A stretch of DNA of 64,000 nucleotides from Stegostoma tigrinum (GCF_030684315.1 NC_081391.1:13741342-13805341), one strand, 5' to 3'; positions 10,351 through 24,245 are shown, counted from the stretch's first letter. The notes: generated by a model not told the origin, from the sequence alone. A program made the numbers and translations.

Positions 10351-11138
10351 TGAACACATGAATAATATTCAAACTTGTCATTCAAAGCTAAAAGATAGCA
10401 CTAGACTGCATCCTGCTTTTTGAAGCAGATATTGAGTGAAAGTAACTTGCTTCCACCAGTCTGTACATCAGTGCTGTGATCATACTCGAACGTTCATTGG
10501 GGATCCTCAATTCCCAAAGCCTCACAGGCCACCAGTGCATGGGAGGCTGCTCCATTCAACATAGTTGCTGAGCCATACATTCTACAGAATGTAATGTAAA
10601 CAGGACCAGCCACTCTCCATTTGGAAACATGCTGGAGTTAAGCTCTCGATCTACTTCAAACAAATAAAAACCAAACTTTGCGATAGAAAGTTTGCATGTG
10701 CTATACATTTCCAGCAGCAATGTAGACAGGGAGGTGTGAGGTCTACTATGCAGGAGAGGCACTCAGCACATTTAGCACCTTGCTTTTCAAACTGCACTTC
10801 ATGAACCCAACGTCAAGGAGATCACAGCAGATTCAGAATGGATCCACAAAGGAATGAGCTTCCTGTATGAGGTAACCCAAAAGCACATTGTTTCTGTCGA
10901 TGCACAGCAATAAGAAAATGTTTACTGTTAACAAAATCTGGCCATTTTTCAATGGGCTCCAACGCTGTTATTCAACAAGTACAAAGACTAATCCCTCAGA
11001 GTAACAAACTGACAGAATTCTGCCAATCTGTGATGAGTGTGTCTTAAGATATAATCTCAGATACAATCGTGAACTTTTAGAGTATATTTTATTGTCATTT
11101 TCACAGAGAAATATTTCCAGGATTTGCACTTGTGCAGG

Positions 11139-11326
11139 AGGTCAAAGCTCATTCAGCAATTCCATCATCGACCAGTTGTCAATTCTGATCGTTTTCTGGA
11201 TCCAATTCCCATCCTGCACTGATTGGACGTGGCAGCTGATCAATTGATGAATGAGAGTGATCGGCCATCACTGATGATGTCATTTCCTGCTCAAGAAAAT
11301 AAAGGGCTGCTGCTCGAGTATAAAAA
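11139..11326 (+). promoter_or_regulatory. Proximal promoter of ferritin copy B
   Basis: AGGTCAAAGCTCA 11139-11151, ATTGG ~11222 (second box mutated to ATCGG), TGATGTCATTTCCTG, TATAAAAA ~11319. Confidence 0.7.
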
Positions 11327-11421
11327 TTGTCCCAAGAGAGCGATGTTTATGGTGTAGTTGATCATCTTTCTAAGTTTGTTATTTGATTTTGGAGGAAAAG
11401 GAAATCTATTTTCTTCATAAA

Positions 11422-14400
11422 ATGGCCTCCCAGATCAGTCAGAACTATCACCAGGATTGTGAAGCTGCTGTCAACAAGCAGGTTAATGTGGAGCTCACTG
11501 CCTCCTATCTCTATCAGTCTTTGGTGAGTTTTGTCTTGATGGAGTTGAAATTAAATCTATTCTGCAAAAATGAGCTGATCCTCTTGTTTCTAATTAACTT
11601 CATAGTCTTGTAGATTTGAGGAGTTTAAGTTTGCACCTTGAAAAATCATTTTGGGATAAATGTAATGCCCTTTGGTGACAATGGATTTTGATATTGATGT
11701 GCAGTATCTAATTCACCAGCTGGGATTGAGTGATAGATGGAGGGCAAATTGTTCTGTCAATTATTTTACAATTTACTGCCAGGTCTCTGCCTGGTGGTAA
11801 CTGTCGTTTTCCTCCCCAGAATTGACCAAACTTTACTAAAATTAGATGTAATGGTGTTGGGAGTTGTAGGCACCCCTTGGCTAGTCATCCTGTAACATTT
11901 TAATTTACCTTGATCACACTTAATTTGTGCTCTGATCCTAAATACACATGCCAGTTTCCATTCTGTGATGGAGAATGATGGCAGTGACTGGCTTCTCTGA
12001 GCATATGCAGTTGTAACTTGCATTGAGGAGGCCTCAGATGTGGACTAGTTGGCTTTCTGCATTCTCAGTTCATGAATGGACTGTTAGTGGCCAGGAAGTC
12101 ACTTGTTGTCCATTCCTCCAATAGATCAATACCCTCCTGTGAGTGCATGCACAGGGTGTCTGGAATAACCTGAGATCTTCACTTCACCAAAAAAGGTGAA
12201 GAATTGGAGTTTCAAATTCCCACGGTATGGGAAATAGTGCCTTTCTCCAGGGAGCACTGTGCCTATGGCCTCTCAAAATGGCAGGCTATAATGGTTTGTA
12301 AATGTTGAAGCAGCTTTTGAAGGCTGCTAGATACCTGGTAGATAGTGGACACTGGGAGTGCATTCACTCACTCCCTTCAATGAGGTGGGCTGCTCTGTCC
12401 TGCATAGTGTCTACTTTGTGCATGTTGCAGCTCCACTTCTTGGGAAAAAGGGAGAATATTCATCCCTCCATGGGGCTTATGTCTGAGAAGCATTCTCTTC
12501 CCACTCTGAGGATGAAATCCCTGTACCCTTCCCTTTAGCAGGTGGGAACAGCTATCACCAATAAGCCTGTTGGGTCTTAACTGTTAGTGGTGTCCCATAT
12601 CAATTGGGCAGCATGTGCCCAAACAACCTACTATTGTATATCTGTGAGATGCAGCTACCCGAGAAAAGCCAGAGAAATTTACATGACTGTTTTTTGACAA
12701 AAGAAACTTCTCAGCCTGATCAGTTGGAACTAGATAACCTGCTCTAACAAGGTGTAGAGCTGGATGAACACAGCAGGCCAAGCACCATCAGGGGGAGCAG
12801 GAAGGCTGATGTTTTGGGCCTGGACCCTTGAGAAATGGGGAGGGGAAGGGGTCCCTGAAATAGGAAGGGGTGGGGAGGTGAATGGATGAGGGATAAAGAA
12901 ACAGGTGGTGAGGAGACTCCAGTCTGAGGTAAGGATGGAGCCAATCAAGTCAAGTGAGTTGAGTAGGCCTGTCCGTGGGGATGGGATTTGAGGTGGCGGG
13001 GGTCGGCGGGAGGTGGGGTGGTGTGGGGAAGTAGGTGGGAGGAAGGACGGACCAGTCGGGGAGGTGGGAACTAGCTGAGCTGTGATTGGGGGAAGGGAGA
13101 TCTTTCAGCTTAAGTCCTCACTGATACCATTGGGCTGCAGGGTTCCCAAGCAGAATACAAGGTGCTGTTCCTGCAACCTTTGGGTGGCATTGGAGGCCCA
13201 GAATGAACATCAACTGTCCCCTCCTGCCCCTCTGAAGGGGAAGTAGTTTGTGACTGGGAGGTGCAGCTGCTGGTCACGAGCCCAGCATAGGCACTCCACA
13301 AAGTGGTGTCAAGCCTCTGCTCGGATTTCCTGATGTAGAGGAGGCCACATTAGGAGCAGTGGATACAGCATACCTAACTGCAGGTGTGTAGGTCCACTTC
13401 ATCTTGATGTGGAAGGTCTTGGGGCCTGGGATGAGGGGAGGTGTAGCACAATCTGTGTGGCAGGAAAAAAGCCCTGGCTAGTGGAATGTACAAGGGAATC
13501 AGTGGTCTCTCCAGAAGGCAGCTAAGGTTGGAGAGGTAAAACATGTCTTTGTCAGATTGTAGATTGTATAAGTGCCAGAGGATGATGCACTGGGTCCTGG
13601 CATTGAGGTGGTACTGAAGGATGAGAGGATTCTGTTTTGGTTGTGTGAGGGATAAGATGCAAGACCGGTTGTGTTTTTCTTCCACTAAAGGGAAGTTACG
13701 CTCCCTCGGAAAACGAGGACATCTGGGATGCCCAGGAGTAGAATGCCTCCCCTCGGGGCTGGAGGTGAAGGAATTGGATTAGGGGATGGCGTTTTCCTTC
13801 CACAGGAAGGTGGGTAAGGTGTATTCTAGGTAGCTGTAGGAGTCAGTAGGTTTGAAATATATCAAAGATTGATAGACAAACTTAAGGTTGAGGTAGAAGG
13901 CTCTAATGAATTAGAGGAACCGTTCAAGCTCCTTTGTGGGATGTAATGGAGGAAGATGTGGAGTTTATGGCCCATCTCCCTGTAGAAGGATTGTTCCACA
14001 AATCCTAACAGAAGCAGGCACAGCCTGGGCCCATGCACGTGCCTATGGCCACCCCCTTCCTCTGTAGGAGGTGGGAGGAATTGAAGGAGAAGTTAGGGGT
14101 GAGGATGAGTTGGCTAGTGGACAAGGTTGTTGGTGAATGGGGACCAGTCAGACCTGCAGGATGAGAGAAGCAGAGGGCCTTCGGCTATCTCCATGGGGAA
14201 TGGATGAGGTTGGAGGCTGTGGGTGGGAGGTCATCTCCAGTGAAGTTGTAAATGGACTAGGAGATGGTTTGGTGGTCAGGGGTGGAGTCATGATGAAGGG
14301 CGGGGTGGTAGGAGGTATCGGCTGCTCTTCCACACAAGTATATGTGGCACTCCAGCTCCTGGCATTTCCTTAAACCCTGTTCAGTCACGAACTTCATCCA

Positions 14401-15994
14401 ATTCTGATGGTGCTTAGAGTGGAAATGCTCTTCTCTCTACAGACAAGAACAGGCATGGTCAATTCACAGGTTTTGGTCAAGGAATTTCAAGTTTGCCTGG
14501 TTACCAGGAGGAGGCGAGGGTTGTTTTTGATGATCCTTGAACTGGAGCTACTGGCTAATTGGACAATGGTTCTCATCCACCTTGATGTATTTAAAAAAAC
14601 ATGTCATGTTTATTGACTTCTCAATTTGATTGAAGGCTAAACCAGTCATGTCTGGCACCAATTGCATAATGTTTAATGGTTGTAACTTGTTTTCTCCCAG
14701 ATGTCCTACTTTGACCGGGATGATGTTGCCCTCCCCCATGTCTCCCAGTTCTTCCAAGATCAGTCCCAGGAGAAGCAGGAACATGCAGAGAAGCTGCTGA
14801 AATTCCAGAATCGGCGTGGAGGCAGAGTCCTCCTCCAGGATGTGAAGGCTGGTGTTGGGTTTTTGGGGTGGGGGGAGTTGGGTGGTAGAGAGTGGCTGCT
14901 CCTCAGGGATGGCACAGTGACTCGGTGTTTACCATGCCTGCCTCAGTGCCAGGGATCCAAGTTTGGTTCTTGGTTCTAGGCTCCAGTGAACGACTGGAGT
15001 TTACTTGTTCTTGCCATGTCCACATTGGCTTCACGGTTCAATGACGTGTGGGTTAGAAGGATTGCCATTGAAAATGCAGGGTTACAGGAATAAGGTGGGA
15101 TTGTTCACAGAAGGGACTTGTAGCGACGAACGCAGTGGCCGTACCTGCTGATCGGGGATGAATAAAACGATGTAGTGACCTTTGTTATTGTCACCATGTG
15201 TCAAATAGCCTGTTCCCATGCTGCAGAGATTCTGAAGCTTACCTGTCCTTCTCTCCATCCCCAGAAGCCAGAGAGGGCTGAGTGGGGTAACAGCCTGCAG
15301 GCAATGCAGGTTGCCCTGGATCTGGAGAAGAATGTGAACCAGAGTTTGCTGGATCTCCACCAACTCGCCACAGCCCAGACTGACCCTCATGTGAGCTTTC
15401 CCACCTCCTCGTTCTGATCACTGCTAGGCCCTCAGGGCAACACCTCATTGGTCTTTTGTAGATTAAAATTCACTGGGATACTTTGATCACAATATCATAT
15501 CTGAACAGTATGTTCATTTAATCAACATTAAAACAGCTCAGCAATGAGCTGAAATGGGAATTTGGATTCAGTACCACGAGTGATGTTGGCCACTGAATTC
15601 ACTTTCAGGTCCACTTGCAGTAGAATGATCATTGTCTGTCACAGTTCAGCTCGGCTCCACTTCACAAACAACAAGGTGCATCTGGAATGTTACTGTCCTC
15701 CCTGGCGCAACATCTAGATGTCAGTGGCTTTTCCAGCTGTCGAGAGCCAGTTATGGTGGGGTCTGTTTCGCAGTGGGAATTCTGAAAATTTCCTGGATCA
15801 TGCAAATGTACCAAGTTGCCATAATTCCTCTGTTGCAGCTGTGTGACTTCTTGGAGACCCACTATTTGGATGAGGAGGTGGAGATCATCAAGCAACTTGG
15901 GGACTACATCACCAACCTGAAGCGCCTGGGAGCCCCTGAGAATGGGATGGGAGAGTACCTGTTTGACAGGCTCTCCCTGGAGGACAGCAGTTAG
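11422..15994 (+). CDS. Ferritin subunit, copy B; open frame but exon-2 donor is GC (functional status uncertain)
   Basis: Exons 11422-11523, 14701-14847, 15265-15390, 15839-15994. The exon-2 donor reads AAG|GCTGGT; the other splice sites are canonical. No stops or frameshifts. Confidence 0.82.
12745..14320 (-). mobile_element. Degenerate Penelope-like element (RT + GIY-YIG endonuclease remnants, terminal repeat) in intron 1 of copy B
   Basis: Minus-strand remnants [10 protein letters not shown] (~14030-14055, RT motif like GVAMGTRMGP), VCCIHCS*CGLLYI (~13330-13373, GIY-YIG) and [19 protein letters not shown] (~13125-13180, PLE C-terminus). The terminal repeat at 12745-12830 is related to the short palindromic elements. 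Confidence 0.8.
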
Positions 15995-17583
15995 TGTGGC
16001 CTGGAGTACTGTCTGCTTGGTCTGAATGCATTCCCCACTTCACCCTGGGCAATCTGTCTCCTTCCAGGGAGAAGGGACTTGTAGCAAAGAATGTAATGGC
16101 TGTACCAGCTGAATGCAAATGAGTAAAATGATGTGTTTATCTTGGTTCTTGTCCATCATTCAGACAGCTGGACGCTGCAGGTTCTCACCAATAGGCCTAT
16201 GGGAAGAGATATCAGGCTCTGCTTTCTGCCCAGGTGCAGGAAACAGCTCAGCTGGGACTGAGATGAGTTCAACCTGACTCGTATCCTCCCAATGGGCCCT
16301 GACATGACCAGCATATTCTGTTTTACATTTGCTACCTTTATCTCATGTGGACACAGCCTAAAGTTACTGGGAGCCGGTGAAGGTTCAAACCAAGGCCAGT
16401 ACTGGTGGGCTGAGACCTACCCTGCCTTGTTACAGCCTACTGTAGTTGACAGCACTGAACAGTTCATTCCTCTTGTTGTGGGAGTTAAATATGCTGCTAC
16501 CCTGAAGGGATCTTGGTGTAATTACCCTTAGCCTCGAGTCAATTCTCCTAGGAGCATTCTGAAGCTGGCCTAATGTGGCTTTTGTCAGTTTACTTTCTCT
16601 GACCTGTTCCAACACCTTCATTGCTTTTCTCACCCCTCCCACCACCCCACTCCTAGCAATAAACTTCCACCCTGCCAGTCTACAGCTGGGAAAATTCAGC
16701 CCCAACATTGACAGCACCCATATTCCATGGAGTTAGCTCAGGAAATTATCTTGAACTGTTACATGCTCATGTATGAGCTCAATACCACTTCGAGCACCAT
16801 CACTGTGTCTTTTGGAGTAACACAGCAACACTCGTGGTTCAATGCTGCCATTTGATTGGCTCTTGCTGCTAAAGCCAGCATTGAGCACACTAAGCTGCTC
16901 CCTTGGTTCCTCTGTGCTTCACACACGCTGAGGGTTACTCCTGATGAAGGTAGATTTCACCCAATCACATTGAAGCATCAGTGCGACTTGGAGAGGAGAC
17001 CGTGAGATGCTGACTTTCCTGTACGACTGCTTCTTCTATCTTTTTGAGGTGTCAGAGAGATGATGGGTTGAGGAGGGGGTGATCAGAGCCAGCCTGGGGA
17101 TTGTTCCAGGGAGTTGTGTAGCGAGTGCACACTGCAGCCTTCACTGAAGGTGTGGGTCGTTCAGGCACTGAATGTATTTGTTCCACTACATAAAGTGTTT
17201 TATTTCAAATAATCTTGAGTCTTGGCTGTAGAATCTGTGAATCCGTGCAGTGCAGGAAGAGATTGTTCAGCCCATTTAGTCTGCACTGATCCTCTGTCCT
17301 CTGAACAGCATCTTGTTCAGACACACCCTGTCTTCTTGCCCCCATCTTTCTATCCCACAGCCATTGCAAAGTAAACTGCATGTCTCTGGACTGTGGGAGG
17401 AAAGGAACCCACACAGACACGGGGACGATGTACAGCCTCGTCAGAGTCGCCCATGACTGGAATTACATGTGGGTCCCGGGCACTATGCAGCAGCAGTGCT
17501 CATCAGTAAGATACCATGCCCCCTAAAGTAACAAAAACAGGAGAAGGTGGTGAGGAAAGTAAAGCAAGCTTTTCCTTTATAAG

Positions 17584-20500
17584 ATGAGTTCCCAGATCAG
17601 TCAGAACTATCACCGGGATTGTGAAGCTGCTGTCAAAAGGCAGATTAATGTGGAGCTCACTGCCTCCGATCTCAATCACTCTTTGGTGAGTGCTGTCCCT
17701 GTGGGGTTAAAACTTGATCTATGTAGTTGAAGTAAATGTTTTCTCTTGAATTTAATTAACTGGACCCTCTCTCTTTGTAGATTGAGTTTTGTAGTCCTTT
17801 CCTAAATATTAATTCAGGATAAGGGCAATGTTACTGTACCAATGGGGTTTGATAATGATGTACTCTGAAGCTGGGTCCCAGTTGGCCTTCAGAGATATGT
17901 GGAGGATGAAGTGTCCCTGGAGAAATTTGCCAGTTTGGTGTTTGAATTGGCAGTAGATGTCATTCCCTCTAAGATTACCAAATGTTGGTAGGGTTACTTC
18001 AGAAAGGTATTATATTGATCATACTGTGGGACTAGAATCACCCACTGGCTAGTTACCCTCTTTCTGACAGGTTTAAGTATCTGATTTTATATTTGCTTGC
18101 TTTTGTGGTGATACTTAAATATCAATTCTGATATTGACAATGATAATTCCCTATTGCAGTCTGCTGTGGCTAATCTGAGCAAACCTACTTGAGGTTAGGC
18201 TGAGTGTGACTGGTATCTGACTTTTTAAAGTAGATCTCAGCTGAGGCCTGCTTGGCATTTTGCACTCCCATCATGAGATGGGTGTGGCCTATCCCTGAAC
18301 CTGTAGAAAGTTGATCTGCTTTAGTGTGTGGCGTGTTGAAGCTTCTGCAAACCATGTTTGCCTCCTGCCCCCTCACCCACACCCTGCATCCCCTCTAGCT
18401 GCTGGAGTCTGAGATTCATGGTCCAGTCTCTATGCCATCCTGATAGGGAACAAACTGTCCCCTTTAGCCAGGTGGCAGTGAACCTGTAACTTTCCAATGG
18501 GTAGAATGTTTCAGACAGTAGGAACAGCAGATGCTGGAGAATCTGAGATAACAAGGTGTAGAGCTGAATGAACACAGCAGGCCAAGCAGCATCAGAGGAG
18601 CAGGAAGGCTGATGTCTTGGGGCATGACCCTTCTGAAGGTGGGCCTAGGCCCAAAACAGCAGCCTTCCTGCTCCTCTGCTTGGCCTGATGTTTTCATCCA
18701 GCTCTACATCATCGTATCTCAAGGGGTAGAATGTGTTTGGAAGGTGTGTGTTGAAGTAACCTTGGTGAGTGCTGCAGGGGACCTGGTAGATAATGGACCC
18801 TGAAAGGAGGTGGTGAATGCAGTCCCCATGAAGTGGGCTGCTCTGTCCTGGATGGTGTCTGCATCTTGAATGTTGCAGCTCCACTTCCACAGACACATGG
18901 AGAATCTTCTTCACTCTCAGCTTTTGTCTGTTAGAAAGAAGATGTCTCATGACAGATGGATGAAGCCCGTATAAACTCCATTTGGGAGGTGGGTACAGCT
19001 TTCATTGGTGAGCCAGTTGACGGGTTTTAATTACTGACCAGGGTCCCATTTCCCTTGGGGAACACGTGTGCCAATTATAAAATCCTTCCTATTCTCTCCT
19101 GCCACAGCTTGTCCCTACCCCGTTAAACAGACAAGAAATTTTGTTTGACTGCTTCTACATGAAGACAATAACTTCCCACCAGGCTTCCTCGACAACAAAA
19201 CTCTTAGCTCCTGTTTCAAATATCAGAAGAATAGCCCTTCATAAACCTCAAGGCATTGGATTGTGAATATCTCGGTTCGGAAGTGAGTCACATATGGGTG
19301 GACAAACAACAGAACGGTGCCAGCTGGGATAAGCCAAACTTTGTTGTCCAGCTTTGTGTTAACTAGTGACGTTAGATCAGCCATTATCTGTAGATACAGG
19401 TCACATTGGTTCTTTCTCTCCAATATTTGACCTTCCCTCAGTTTGATTCAATTTGTTTTGTTCATGTGACCCTTGTTCTCCCCCTTCTGGATGTGAGTGC
19501 ACTAATTTTAGTGTGCTATAAACTATAACTGCAACAATCCAGAGGCAGTTACTGGGTAGGTTTTCCTTTGCACTATCTTGTTGTCGCTTTCTCTCATTCG
19601 CCTCTATTATATCTTGTAGTCATAAAATATACCGTACATTCAATCTCCCTGGTTTTGAGGCCACAGAAACCTTGCTTCCTCCTGGTTATATTGTTACAGC
19701 AGTGTCTAACATGTATTTCCATGCCAGCCCCAAAGGAGCAATAGTGTTACAGCTCCCCTACTCAAGTATAGCCTGCACTCCAGCTCCTGGTGCTTGTTTC
19801 AGCTGTTTGTTTGGCACTAATATTGTCCAATTCGAATGAAGGTTAGTGAGTGCAAACATGGCTGGATACAAGAAGAGCTATAATGCTGTGCCAGGCAGCC
19901 TGAGCAATTTACTGTTTGTTTTAAGCCAAACTTTTGCCAGTTTCCAACAGGAAATTGGGATTGTTCTGTTTGATCCCAGTTGAAGGATCTGCTGGACAGC
20001 TGGACATCATTGGGTTCTCAAACATGTTCACATACCAGGCAGTTAGTTTGCTGCAGAAGGCTGAACTAGAATTTGGAGTCAGTGCTGTGTTTAATGGGCT
20101 TTAACATGTTATCTCCCTTCCAGATGTCCTACTTTGACCGGGATGATGTGGCCCTCCCCCACTTCTCCAGGTTCTTCAAAGATCAGTCCCGGGAGAAGCA
20201 GGAACATGCAGAGAAGCTGCTGAAATTCCAGAATCAGCGTGGAGGCCGAGTCCTCCTCCAGGATGTGAAGGTTGGAGTTGGGTGGGAGGGTTGCAGCTGT
20301 GGAGGAGAGAATGGCAGCTCTTGTGGTGCTGCGTCCTGTTGGGATGTGAAAATCCTCTTTTGGCATGGCTTCCCTGTTTGATTTCTTTTGAAGGCAGTTT
20401 CTAAACAAGCCCTATTGTCCACCATGTCTATGCTGCCCACAAACATCAAACTAGATTAACACAATTTCCTGCACTTAGTCCACAGCCGACTATCTTCTGG

Positions 20501-22316
20501 CATGAAGAAGTTGTTGAGATTAGCCTTCAATGTTGCTGGAGTAACTGCCTCCACTGACCCCACAGGTAATGCATCCCATACCTCTCCCACCCTCGACTGG
20601 GTGGGTGGGTCCTCCAATCTCCTCAAACCTGTGCCATCTGGTCTTCATGTCTGCCATGGGGACTGTGTATTGTCCATCCTCCCTGATCTTCCACACTTCC
20701 ATCAGATCACCATCCCAGGCTATCCAACCTCCCTCTCATCATTGTATTTTTGTTGTCTTTTTTTGCTTCCATCTTGGGCCAACATCCTGATGACCCTCAC
20801 CTGTACCCCCTGCAGTGCCACCTTGTCCCTCTGATGGTGGTTCTGGTCACCACACTACATTCCATCTTTGGTCTGGCCAATGCTGCCATGTTTGTGGCAA
20901 GACTCATCCTTTCTACTGAGCCCCAAATCATGGAGACCAGCATCATGTCAGCCCCTTGCCCACTCTGTCTACCTTTGCTGAACCTTGAGGGATGGACTTG
21001 GGCATTTGTTGCTTGTCCCTTTTACTGTAAGCACATTGCTCCCTTCAATGAATTAAATAGTAGTGATGTCTGATCATCCTGCTCAGACATGGATGAAGCC
21101 ACCAGCACAGGTGAGACATAGATGCCTGGCCTGCAAGGTGCAGATTGGTACTCTACCTCAAGAGCCCTTGAGACTAAGGTGTCAATGTCCTCATCTAAAT
21201 GCCAAATGGGCACTGGTGCAAACAGTTGAACTTTGTGTGAAATAAATCCCTAGCCCACAATGACTTCATGCTTCAGATCAAGGATAAATGGAGCAAAGTG
21301 AAGTCACTTCACAAGTAATGAATGTGGGTTTTAGGGGTGGCACAGTTGCTCAGTGCCAGGGACACAGGTTTAGCTCTGGCCTCTGATGACTGGTGATTAC
21401 ATGTTCAGGTTTCTTCCTACAGTCCAAATATGGGCAGGCTGGGTGAAGTAGCCATGGGGGAATTGCAGTGCAAATGGCTCAGGTAAATCTGAGATCTTCT
21501 TCAGAAGGTTGATTGCAGACTCAATGGGCTGAATGGCCTGCTCCCATGCTGCGGCGAGTCTCTGATTCTGAAGCTTAACTGTTCCTGTTTCCATCCTCAG
21601 AAGCCTGAGAGGGATGAGTTGGGTAACAGTCTGCAGGCAATGCAGGTTGCCCTGGATGTGGAGAAGAATGTGAACCAGAGTTTGCTGGATCTACACCAAC
21701 TCGCCACAGCCCAGACTGACCCTCATGCAAGCTTCACCTCTTCATTCTCATCACTGCCAGGCCTCCTCAACTTCATTGGTTGGTCTTTGTGGAGTGGAAA
21801 TTCACAGACGTAACTTTGTCCAGATGCTACATTGTACCTTTGTCATCATAATTATGATGACAATGTTAAACTGCTCAACACCGAACTGAAATAGGAATTT
21901 GGATTACAGTCTGGTGGGAATGCTGATGTGACTTTTTTGACTGCTGAATTGGGGATTGTTGCACTATACAATACAACTTGGAGCTCTTTAAGAAGGTGAG
22001 ATGAAGCAGCTGAAATGTGCTCACTGGCACAAATTCTCCACCTGTTAGCTAGATTTTCAGGGCTGTCTAGAGCTCGTTATGGCTCAGTCTTTTTCAGTAG
22101 GAATTGTGAAGTTGTCTTGGATAGTATAAATGTACCAAGTGTCATATTCCTCTGTTGCAGCTGTGTGACTTCCTGGAGACTCACTATTTGGATGAGGAGG
22201 TGGAGATCATCAAGCAACTCGGGGACTACATCACCAACCTGAAGCGCCTGGGAGCCCCTGAGAATGGGATGGGAGAGTACCTGTTTGACAGGCTCTCCCT
22301 GGAGGACAGCAGTTAG
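17584..22316 (+). pseudogene. Ferritin copy C; promoterless, probable pseudogene with open frame
   Basis: Exons 17584-17685, 20124-20270, 21601-21726, 22161-22316. The promoter module is deleted (junction ~17545). Exon 1 reads ASDLNHSL (Y32D, Y34N), the conserved W of DEWG is L, and the exon-3 donor is GC (CAT|GCAAGC). Confidence 0.78.
18511..18719. mobile_element. Older palindromic Penelope-derived short element in intron 1 of copy C
   Basis: GGAACAGCAGATGCTGGAGAATCTGAGATAACAAGGTGTAGAGCTGAATGAACACAGCAGGCCAAGC plus an inverted arm. Flanks CAATGGGTAGAATGT / CAAGGGGTAGAATGT resemble a ~15-bp TSD. Confidence 0.72.
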
Positions 22317-24245
22317 TGTGGCCTGGAGTACTGTCTGCTTGTTCTGAATGCATTCCCCACTTCACCCTGGGCAACCCGTCTCCTTCCAGGGAGAAGAGGC
22401 TTGTAGCAAAGAATAATGGCTGTACCAGCTGAATGCAAATGAATAAAATCATTTATGATCTTGCTTATTGTCCATCATTCAGAGCACTGGATATTTTGGG
22501 AAATGTCTTATTGAGCTTGAAGGCAGTTCTCTTTCTGTAATTTGGCTGACCCAATTACTAATTGGACATGAAAACAACCTTTCAATGGATGTATTTACTC
22601 ACTCTCGATCATTGCACAGTAACTAGACGGACTTCCTTTTTCTCATGACACAGGAGACTCGAGACTTTCCCCTCTAAGTAGGATGAGGTTGGTGTTTCCC
22701 CAATTGTGGGGTGGAAAATCTTCCAGAGGTCAATTAGTACACTTCTGGATACTCTAGGTTCAATTGTCGATCAGAACTTGTCTTCCTTTTTGAGACAGGA
22801 AGTTCCCGTACCTGCTCGAAGGGATAAACCAGACGCCCATTCCATAGGATGTGGGATATCTACGTTCAATGCCAGGTTTCCCTTCCTACAGGCTCCCCTC
22901 AGTCACCACGAGCAATGAGATTTGTCACTCGGACGATAATCTAATGGGAAGACAAGTCTGTGATTTGGAGGCTGGATCAGTTGACAAAATGCTGGCGGAA
23001 GTAGATATATCAAGTTCTGCTCTAAATCCAGTTGCAGGAACCAGCTAAGTTAGGAAAGACACAGGCTTGACTCATCTGGTGTAACCTCCCCAGTGAGGCC
23101 CTACCATGACCAGTATTTTCTATTCTCAGCGTTGTTGTTTTTGGTCTCCTGTGGATGTAGCCTAGGGATCTTGGAGCCGGTTATGGATCAAAGCAGGACC
23201 AGCACTGGAGGCCTGTGACCTTCTCTTTCTCCCCATCTCTTGTTCCAGCCAACTGCAGTTGCACCCCCTACCCGGTTAAATCCCTCTTGACATTTCTGAG
23301 GGAGGGTGGCTGGACTCACTGTAGGTTGGCTTTTTCATTCCTCCATCTGAGTAACATCGACCGCTCCATCTTTGCTCAAGAAGGAGTCAGTTCACACTGG
23401 GGCTGAGCTTTTCCCAAGAGCAATCCAAAATTGTCTTTCATGTGCCATCCTCCCCTTCTTCCTCCTCCTTTCTCCACCACACCCCACTTCTCTCCCAGCA
23501 TTCACTCCAACAAGCTACCCAGCCCAGATCTGGGAAAACTCAGCCCAAACGTTCACAGAAGCCATTTACCAAGAGGTCAGCTGGAATTCCCCTGATCTGT
23601 ATGGGATTACAATGTCTGCTCTCGATGCTAACAACAGGAAGTTGTAGTTTTTGCTGTAGAATCCCTCAATGCGGGCAGATGCCATTCAGCTGATTAAATT
23701 TGTAATGACCTACTGAGCAACCTCCTGCTCAGGGACACCCTGTTCCCTTAATCCCACATTTCCCATGGCTAATCTAACAAATCCGAATGCCCCTTGTCAC
23801 TGTCAGCAATTATCTTTGCCAATCGACCTAATCTGCAGGCCATTGGACGAGGGGAGGGAGTCGGAGCAGATGGTGGAAACCCATGCAGACACAGGGAGAA
23901 TGTGCAAACTCCACTCATGTTGCCAAAGGCTCGAATTGAACCAGAGTCCCTGTGGCTGTGACGTAACAGTGTTAACCACTGAGCCCCCATCACGCCCAAA
24001 AGTACCAAACAAAAGGGGGAGGCTGTTGCACAGTCATCAAGTCGTACATCATGGAAATAGACTCTTCTGCCCACACAGTCCCTACAGACCAGGTTTCCAA
24101 AACTCTGTAGTGCCATTTGGCCCATCTTCCTCTTAGCCATTCCTTCCCACATAAGTGTCCAAATGTCTTATCAAAGTGGTAATTATACGTCTATTTTATT
24201 CTCATTTTCAGCTTGATAAACTTATACAATTTGTTCTTGCACAGG

